A DNA stretch of 64,000 nucleotides from Candidatus Aenigmatarchaeota archaeon (GTDB taxonomy: Archaea > Aenigmatarchaeota > Aenigmatarchaeia > QMZP01 > QMZT01). The notes below the pieces were generated by a model, which was given only the letters and a program-made list of their open reading frames with translations, ran no database searches and was not told the origin of the DNA. Below, in pieces: positions 57,935 to 64,000 of the stretch. The position numbers and the translations under genes are program-made. Positions within the stretch are counted from its first letter, which is position 1. Every line of letters starts with the position of its first letter. Location of the stretch: positions 1 through 64,000 of the forward strand of contig JAPLVC010000004.1 in NCBI GenBank assembly GCA_026397315.1. Reading direction: 5' to 3'.

Positions 57935-58162
57935 TTACGCGCCTCCGGCCATGCCGATTATCTGCAACGCCACGACCAGGCCGAAAATGATTATGGTTTC
58001 CGGGATGACCGTAATGATAAGACCCTTCGCGAAGAGACTTTCCTTCTCCGCCATGGCGCCTATCGCCGACGTTCCCAGCTCTTTTTCAGCCCACGCCGTC
58101 GCTATCGCACTTATGCATATCGTCGCTGCTGCTGCGATTACTGCTATATCAGACATATTCAC
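57935..58162 (-). CDS. atpK: A/V-type ATP synthase proteolipid (subunit K/c), stand-alone
   Basis: Two-TM 75-aa protein; AIGAMAEKESLFAKGLIITVIPETIIIFGLVVAL carries the conserved carboxylate in PET. Confidence 0.65.
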   Translation of the reverse strand: MNMSDIAVIAAAATICISAIATAWAEKELGTSAIGAMAEKESLFAKGLIITVIPETIIIFGLVVALQIIGMAGGA

Positions 58163-58332
58163 ACCTCCGTTTGAACATTATCGCGTTGTTTTTCAGTGCC
58201 GGATACCGTTGAACAATATCCAGATTAATAATTATCACGCATATTTATATACTTTACTTTTGTTACTATTTAATAGTTATTATAGTTAGTCGCATTTAAT
58301 TCGCAAATACGGCCCCTCATGCGCATTTGCTT

Positions 58333-58800
58333 TCAGTATTCCGGATCCTTCTTAATGAATTTGCGCAGCTCGCCCGTTCCTCCGGCCTTCAGCTTGAAAA
58401 GGAGCGTGCTTACCTCTGCCGGCTTCAGTTCCCTGACATCGTCGCCCGTTCCGACAAAAATCGCAGGTTCGGTCTGGTATTCGTCTGCGGGCCGGCTTAA
58501 TGGCTGATCGCCGATGAATTCATAGAAAGGGCCGTTCTCATTGAGCCTCTTGATATCCGTCATGAAGTCTCTCAGCATGACATCATCTGCTATCAGGCCT
58601 TCCCACGCGCTTATGCGGTCCCTTTTTCCTACGCTCCTGCGTTTCCCGTCAGTAAGCCTGACGCAGCTTACGGGCGTTTCCCCGTCGAACTCCAGAACGT
58701 ATCTTTTGCCGTTCTGGTTGTATGCAAAGTGACCCAATAACCCGATGCTGTTTTGGACGGCTTTCACGTATTCGTTTTTGTCGTAGTGGAACTCCGCCAT
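58333..58800 (-). CDS. hypothetical protein (155 aa)
   Basis: ORF only. Confidence 0.35.
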   Translation of the reverse strand: MAEFHYDKNEYVKAVQNSIGLLGHFAYNQNGKRYVLEFDGETPVSCVRLTDGKRRSVGKRDRISAWEGLIADDVMLRDFMTDIKRLNENGPFYEFIGDQPLSRPADEYQTEPAIFVGTGDDVRELKPAEVSTLLFKLKAGGTGELRKFIKKDPEY

Positions 58801-58884
58801 GTTTTATATTTGTGAAAAAATCTTAAAAAACGGCAGTTATCCAAAAAATTGAAAACAAATAAAAAAAGAGAAAAATGGGGTTGT

Positions 58885-59097
58885 TCACCCCTGCTGCAAA
58901 AGCTCGGTTTCCATGTCTTGGACCGTCATGCCTTCAAGCGCCTGGTCCAGTTCTTGGTCGACCGTGTTGAAAGCCTGGCCTTCAGCGCTTGCCGTTGTTT
59001 TGGCCGTGCCTCCGCCGGTCGCCGGCGTCTGCGTGCAGCCGCTTACCATGACTGTCGCCACGAGCGCCACTAACGCGAGTGCCAGTAGTATTTTCAT
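58885..59097 (-). CDS. small secreted lipoprotein-like protein
   Basis: Signal peptide with lipobox-like VSGC; Thr/Ala/Gly-rich. Confidence 0.4.
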   Translation of the reverse strand: MKILLALALVALVATVMVSGCTQTPATGGGTAKTTASAEGQAFNTVDQELDQALEGMTVQDMETELLQQG

Positions 59098-59106
59098 TTT
59101 ATCACC

Positions 59107-60024
59107 TTACTGGCCCTCCGAGTTCAGATCTGGCGCGTTGTCGACGTTCTCGCCTCTCTGAAGCCTGTCCTTGACCCTTTCCCTGACGTTCTTCAGCCAT
59201 TCCGGCGCGTTGTTCATGACGTCAGCGCGCTTCTCCGTGTACTTGTTGTACATGTTGGCGAGCTTGTCGCATATGGCGTTGTCGCTGCTGATGGTGCCGT
59301 TGGTGATGTTCTTGCACTTCTCTATTATGTCTGCCCTGCAGTTCGCGTCGTCCAGATGGAGCTTGCAGTAAGCCCAGTTCACAACCTTGCACCTGTTGTC
59401 AGTTGGGTTCTGCTCGCAGAAGGTCTTTATTTTATCAGCGCAGCTTATGCCTTCCTTCTCCGGGTCGCAGATTATGCCTCCGACAGCCTTTATTGTCGCC
59501 TTGCATTTGACGGGGTTGTTCTTGCAGTAATCCTTGACGTTGTCCGCTACCTCTTCGGCTTTCCAGACTTTCGGCGCCTGTATGACGTACGCGTTGTAGG
59601 TCACGCCGTTAAGCGTAAGCGAACCAGCCCACACCTCGCCGTTGCCTTTGACGTAGGAGTTCAGCGAAAGCGAGCCCAGCTGAGTCGTGCCGTTGACGTC
59701 GTACACGTTCGCCGTGGCCGTGCCGTTGCCTATCACCACGTCCTTGAGCCTGTATTTGGTTTCCCCGAAGTGAAGCACGCCAGTCTTTACTATCGTCTCG
59801 GTGCCATTCGCGTCAGTGACGCTCACCCCGGCTATGCCGACTTTTATCATCTCGAAGTCCATCGCATTCGATTGCGACGTCGCTATGCCGTAGCCGAGCG
59901 CTCCCATGGTGTGTATCTTTACGCGCGCCTGGCCCTGAGACCCCAGCGTTTCGTCCGCCATTACCGCCGCTCCTGTCACGCCTATGACCAGAAGGGCGAT
60001 TGCCATTACGAATAATTTTTTCAT
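59107..60024 (-). CDS. secreted protein with Cys-rich C-terminal domain
   Basis: N-terminal signal peptide; 12 Cys in the last 120 aa; 9 nt downstream of the small lipoprotein gene. Confidence 0.5.
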   Translation of the reverse strand: MKKLFVMAIALLVIGVTGAAVMADETLGSQGQARVKIHTMGALGYGIATSQSNAMDFEMIKVGIAGVSVTDANGTETIVKTGVLHFGETKYRLKDVVIGNGTATANVYDVNGTTQLGSLSLNSYVKGNGEVWAGSLTLNGVTYNAYVIQAPKVWKAEEVADNVKDYCKNNPVKCKATIKAVGGIICDPEKEGISCADKIKTFCEQNPTDNRCKVVNWAYCKLHLDDANCRADIIEKCKNITNGTISSDNAICDKLANMYNKYTEKRADVMNNAPEWLKNVRERVKDRLQRGENVDNAPDLNSEGQ

Positions 60025-60151
60025 TTCAATTGCCTCCTATTTTATATTCAAATATTCTGCTGCGGAACCGCCGTGGCGACTCCGTGGAACATTTATGCTA
60101 ATACTATACCGTTTCGCCTATTAGAAAACTCGCTGCAACAATGTGAAACAA

Positions 60152-61006
60152 TCATTTTTTGTAGAAGAGGCGGTTCGTCCTGCCGACGCGTTCTTTCTCG
60201 ACGAGGCCTTTCTTCTCCAGCTTCATGATTATTCTGGTCATCTTCGCCCGCGAGAAGCCCAATTCCTTCTCTATCTTTTTCTGCATTATTCTTCCTTCTT
60301 TCGACAGGATGAAAAGGACCTTGCGCTCGTCCTCCGAGAAGCCGCGCTCGAATTCGCATTTCATCTTCTTCCTGTAATGGCCGACAAGATACGTCACAAC
60401 TGCGATGAAGACTATCGAGATTATTATGCCAGTCGCTAGCGAATAGTCGCTGCTGGTGTTGTAGAACTTGAACGAAAGCATGACGCTCTGCGGGTTTTCC
60501 AGCGTCCAGCTCAGGCAGATTCTCTGGCCGTCGCTTAGCGTCTCGTATCCGTCCGGATAAATCACGTCCCTGTAGACGGCGAAACCCTCAGGCAGGTAGG
60601 CCTTCATGTTCATTACGCTGGTGACGGGAGGCTTGAGGCTCGTCGAAAAGCTGTATATGCCGTTGCCTGCGAAAACAAGGTCATGCGCGACGAAGCTTAT
60701 GACCAGCGTCTTCGTCCCCTCGGGCGCGGTAAACCTTACATTGTATTCGCTGCCTGTCTTTTCGAGCGAGTAGTCCAGGACATTCCCGTCCGCGGTCACG
60801 TAAAGCCCGCTGACGTCGCCGAGCACCGCGTAGTTCAGGGAGCTCGCGTTAAGCGGCGCAGCAAAGCGCATGGATATTCCCTCCTGCACGCTCGCGTCCG
60901 GCATTACGTTGAACGTGATGTTGTATTCGGAAATGTCAAGGGCGCTGACAGTCTGTGCCAGTGAAAAAAACAGCATGATGAGGACGCATAGTTTTAACGG
61001 GTTCAT
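60152..61006 (-). CDS. membrane-anchored transcriptional regulator: signal peptide, extracytoplasmic domain, one TM helix, cytoplasmic winged-helix (MarR/TrmB-like)
   Basis: TM helix GIIISIVFIAVVTYLV; C-terminal VLFILSKEGRIMQKKIEKELGFSRAKMTRIIMKLEKKGLVEK. Confidence 0.55.
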   Translation of the reverse strand: MNPLKLCVLIMLFFSLAQTVSALDISEYNITFNVMPDASVQEGISMRFAAPLNASSLNYAVLGDVSGLYVTADGNVLDYSLEKTGSEYNVRFTAPEGTKTLVISFVAHDLVFAGNGIYSFSTSLKPPVTSVMNMKAYLPEGFAVYRDVIYPDGYETLSDGQRICLSWTLENPQSVMLSFKFYNTSSDYSLATGIIISIVFIAVVTYLVGHYRKKMKCEFERGFSEDERKVLFILSKEGRIMQKKIEKELGFSRAKMTRIIMKLEKKGLVEKERVGRTNRLFYKK

Positions 61007-61039
61007 GAGTGAATTTTGAGCCGCATACTTAAAAATATT

Positions 61040-62149
61040 TCATGGCTTCGCGCCGATGTCTATGTCGCTCAGCTTGGCCTTTTTCCCTGCTTTTATCCTG
61101 AGCTCGGTCAGAAGCGTTTCTCTCCAGTTTTCCACAATGCCACCGACCTGGCTTTTGATAAGTCTCCTGGTTTCCCTCTCGCCTGATTTTTTGGAGAGAT
61201 TTTCGTATAATTCACCCAAAGGCTTGCAGAAATATCCGCATTCCTCTCCCATGTACGAAAGCCTCAAGAAGTTGGTTATGAGCTGCTGCTTTTCCAAAGA
61301 GTCGTCGCCCAGCTGCGATAATACTTTGGAGAGGCCCATGATCATGCGGTATTCATTCTCCCCCGGGTTTTCTCCGAGAACGAACCTTATGGTTTTTTGA
61401 GCCAGCCTGTAATTCGCCCCAAAGCTTCGATTTATGATTTTCATGGCAGTGCTCATATAATTATGTTTCTGGTAGATTTCCTGGAAGTCTCCCTTGTAAA
61501 AAACGCCTCTTTCCAAGTCTCTTCTGGCAGGAGAGTCTGAAGCATCTTCGATTATTCTCATGAGGCAGATGTTTTCTTTGTCAAGCCCGTCCATTCTCCC
61601 TTCCAGTTTCCTGAGCCTTATTTTCATTGCAATCATGTTTTCTTTGCTCAGGTCGCATCCTCTGAAGGCGTTTTCCACTTTTATCTCCTGGAATTCCCCT
61701 CTTATCTGGCGGTATACTTCCCTGGGAACAAAAGGATCGCCTTTTACGTATAATATGTCCTCCCCCCATTCCGACGTTTCAATGTCAAAAACCGCATTGT
61801 TTTTCCTGAGATATTCTTTCACTGTTTCAAGCGGAATCAGCTGGCCGTATATTTCACTGTTTTTGGCCGGCCGGTGCGGCGTGCCGGAGAGATTCTCATT
61901 TCTCGGAATTTTTCTGTCACGCGCGCCAAGTTTTCTTTCAGCTAAGCCTTCATAATGTTCTTTTATCCTTTCAAACGTTTCTCCGCTGAAATAGAGAATC
62001 CTGTGACCGTCTCCATTCGCGCTTAAAAGTTCTTTGTGAAATTTCGAGCTTCGTGTTGATGGATTAAAATTAACATTGTATTCTTCTTTCATGTATTTTC
62101 TGACATCGGCTAGAGTAGTAGAATCTTCCGGCAAAGCGACAGAATGCAT
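61040..62149 (-). CDS. hypothetical protein (369 aa)
   Basis: ORF only; no motif recognised. Confidence 0.4.
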   Translation of the reverse strand: MHSVALPEDSTTLADVRKYMKEEYNVNFNPSTRSSKFHKELLSANGDGHRILYFSGETFERIKEHYEGLAERKLGARDRKIPRNENLSGTPHRPAKNSEIYGQLIPLETVKEYLRKNNAVFDIETSEWGEDILYVKGDPFVPREVYRQIRGEFQEIKVENAFRGCDLSKENMIAMKIRLRKLEGRMDGLDKENICLMRIIEDASDSPARRDLERGVFYKGDFQEIYQKHNYMSTAMKIINRSFGANYRLAQKTIRFVLGENPGENEYRMIMGLSKVLSQLGDDSLEKQQLITNFLRLSYMGEECGYFCKPLGELYENLSKKSGERETRRLIKSQVGGIVENWRETLLTELRIKAGKKAKLSDIDIGAKP

Positions 62150-62215
62150 TAAAAAAGTAGGGTAAAAAATTTTAAAAAGGGGACTTGTTCTCAGTCCGTC
62201 CCCCTTTCAAAGCAT

Positions 62216-62806
62216 TTATTCCTTTTTGTGCTCTTTCGCCTCGGCATGCTCAGGCTTGTGCTCTTTGTGCTCGTGCGCCGCTTCAGTGTGAGCTTCCTTG
62301 TGTTCCGGCTTGTGCTCTTTCGCTTCAGTGTGCTCGGCTTTGTGCTCTTCGTGCTTGTGCTCAGCCTTCGCTTCGTGTTTTTCCTCGTGCTTCGCTTCTT
62401 TATGTTCTTCCGCCTTGTGTTCGGCCTTTGCTTCCTCTTTGCCGAAAAGCTTCGCGAGCGAGTCCTTGCCGTAAACGACGGCTTTCATGTTTACCTGGAC
62501 TATGTCTTCCGAGAACGTATTGCCTCTAATAAGCTTCCTGCGCCTCTCGCCCTTTTCCGTCGGGTGGAAACCAGGACCGCTCGTAAGCAGCATCTTTTTC
62601 CTGATGGCTCCCGGTATGTCCTGTCTCATGGGGAAGCCCTGCTTGTCAGAACCGCCGGTCAGCTGGAATTCGTAGCCGTGCAGCCCGAGAAAATCGCCCT
62701 TGACTTTTTCGCCGATTCTCCTGCCGATAAGGCCGGATTCCTTCTCACCGACTTCTTTCTGGAACGTATGCTTCGTCTTCGGATCCGATACAACTATCTT
62801 GAACAC
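62216..62806 (-). CDS. rps6e: 30S ribosomal protein S6e with a roughly 65-aa His/Glu/Lys-rich repetitive C-terminal extension
   Basis: MFKIVVSDPKTKHTFQKEV...TGGSDKQGFPMRQDIPG is the S6e core; the tail is KAEHKAEEHKEAKHEEKHEAKAEHKHEEHK... Confidence 0.8.
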   Translation of the reverse strand: MFKIVVSDPKTKHTFQKEVGEKESGLIGRRIGEKVKGDFLGLHGYEFQLTGGSDKQGFPMRQDIPGAIRKKMLLTSGPGFHPTEKGERRRKLIRGNTFSEDIVQVNMKAVVYGKDSLAKLFGKEEAKAEHKAEEHKEAKHEEKHEAKAEHKHEEHKAEHTEAKEHKPEHKEAHTEAAHEHKEHKPEHAEAKEHKKE

Positions 62807-62864
62807 ATTTTCACCTCTCCTCAGGCCGGCCCATACTGCGAGCCATTCCGAGTTGACAATTACT

Positions 62865-63215
62865 TCACTGGTCGCCTTTAAAAAGCTTCACCAGCTGCTC
62901 TCCGAGCCACGGGTGCTGGCTGTAAATTTCCGGAGTGCCATTGTTTAAAAACAGTTCTTTTAGTTTCGCCGCATCAATTTGTCCTACGCGGCCGTTTTCC
63001 ATGTCGAGCAGTGTTTGCTGGCCGCCTTCGATAAAACTAGTGACGGTTATTTTATTGTGACTCAGGGGTTTGCTGTTTTTTACCTGGTTTTCGCTTCTTT
63101 CATATTGTATGCTGCCCACCAGCTTGCCATCGTTGTATATGCCCAAAAGCGCCGCTTCGCTGTGCGCATTTGGCACTATCTGATAGCCTGTCTTTTTATC
63201 TTTTTCTGGTGCCAT
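62865..63215 (-). CDS. hypothetical protein (116 aa)
   Basis: ORF only. Confidence 0.35.
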   Translation of the reverse strand: MAPEKDKKTGYQIVPNAHSEAALLGIYNDGKLVGSIQYERSENQVKNSKPLSHNKITVTSFIEGGQQTLLDMENGRVGQIDAAKLKELFLNNGTPEIYSQHPWLGEQLVKLFKGDQ

Positions 63216-63255
63216 GAAATAAATCTTGAAAACAAGTTTTTTATAGGGCGCCTGT

Positions 63256-64000
63256 TCACACTTTCTGGGGAATTTTCCTCACGACTGGCGGTTTCCTGGC
63301 CAGTGGAGAGGCGAGCTTCTGCCTCACCTTCTGTGCGTGCATGTCCACCGCGCGCGCGTATTTCTCGCCGTTGTAGGCTCTGAGCGCCTTCATTATGTCT
63401 TTGCGGCCGCCCTTCTTCCACAGCATGTTGGCGCATGAGCCTATGGCGTCCTCTATGCCGTCCGGCTCGAACCCGTCGCCGTCAAGGTCGTATGAATATT
63501 TCCTGAGGCTTGTGGGCATGAGCTGTGCCGGCGTCGAAGCGCCAGTGAATGAGCCTTTAAGCGCGAAAACGTCGGTTATGCCTTTCTCCCTGACAAACTT
63601 CAGGAACTCTGTCGTGTATTCGTAGAAAAGGTCTTTCCTTTCAGTGAAAACGTAGTTGGACATCACGGCGTTTAATATGGGACAATCTCCCTTGTTTTTG
63701 CCGAAAAGCGATTCCACGTTAAGAACGGCAGTTATGTATTCCCTTTTTATGCCCGGGAAAAGCTTCTCCGCCTCGTCCAGCCACTCTTTACGCTTTTCCA
63801 TGAAGTTTATGCTGTCCTGCGTGGACTCGTTCCTCATGTACCTGTGCTCCTTGGGGTTGGTCAGGTCGATTTTATTGTACTTTTTCCTGAGCGGGTTCGG
63901 GTCGAACAGCCTGAACTGGGGATCTTTTACCAGTTCAACAATCTCTTTGTAGCCGTCCTTGTCCAGCCTCTCAATCAGCTTCGCAGTCTCCGCCAGGTAT
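63256..64000 (-). CDS. lytic murein transglycosylase B-like protein (partial, N-terminus beyond window end)
   Basis: YSYDLDGDGFEPDGIEDAIGSCANML resembles the MltB family EF-hand-like YDFDGDG...ALAS.ANYL block; the reading frame is open to position 64000. Confidence 0.5.
   Translation of the reverse strand, partial: YLAETAKLIERLDKDGYKEIVELVKDPQFRLFDPNPLRKKYNKIDLTNPKEHRYMRNESTQDSINFMEKRKEWLDEAEKLFPGIKREYITAVLNVESLFGKNKGDCPILNAVMSNYVFTERKDLFYEYTTEFLKFVREKGITDVFALKGSFTGASTPAQLMPTSLRKYSYDLDGDGFEPDGIEDAIGSCANMLWKKGGRKDIMKALRAYNGEKYARAVDMHAQKVRQKLASPLARKPPVVRKIPQKV

Noticed and set aside
1-64000. CRISPR arrays, cas genes, rRNA genes, transposases or integrases
   Set aside because: No short direct-repeat arrays, DDE/tyrosine-recombinase motifs or rRNA-like segments were seen on either strand

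Overview
This 64 kb window is archaeal chromosome with high coding density. The archaeal assignment rests on ribosomal proteins L40e and S6e, RNase P protein subunits Pop5 and Rpp30, a four-subunit pyruvate:ferredoxin oxidoreductase (porGDAB), a UbiA-type prenyltransferase resembling DGGGP synthase, and a tRNA gene carrying introns. Most genes are GC-rich housekeeping or metabolic genes: dihydrouridine synthase, RNase Z, a small GTPase with two conserved archaeal partner proteins, NurA nuclease, HAD and HD-GYP phosphohydrolases, IscS/IscU Fe-S assembly, acetyl-CoA synthetase with an oxalate/formate-type MFS transporter, porGDAB with ferredoxin, nadA and nadB, and MATE and MFS transporters. Set into this backbone are AT-rich, composition-atypical segments that look accessory. 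One is a two-gene segment with a soluble SPFH/band-7 protein (1421-3560). One is an orphan-ORF segment abutting the tRNA (33863-34600). The third is a roughly 14 kb block (about 41.4-55.4 kb) lying between the two RNase P protein genes; it encodes an ArsR regulator, a 3369-aa secreted giant protein (VWA domain, Cys-rich repeats, about 12 tandem modules of roughly 130 aa), a MopE-like Cys-rich surface protein with a PGF-CTERM-like anchor, DUF523, and a HEPN/MNT toxin-antitoxin pair. Other points of interest: porA is split by a 35-nt palindromic insertion; a tRNA-Ser candidate appears to carry three insertions including a roughly 120-nt canonical intron; two stand-alone HD-GYP proteins sit in tandem; two cytoplasmic PQQ beta-propeller paralogs are co-operonic with a transglutaminase-like protein; S6e carries a His/Glu/Lys-rich repetitive tail; there is an orphan A/V-ATPase c-subunit gene; and a bacterial-type MltB-like lytic transglycosylase lies at the window edge. 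No CRISPR array or rRNA was seen. All calls come from reading ORF translations and motifs by eye; no database search was possible.
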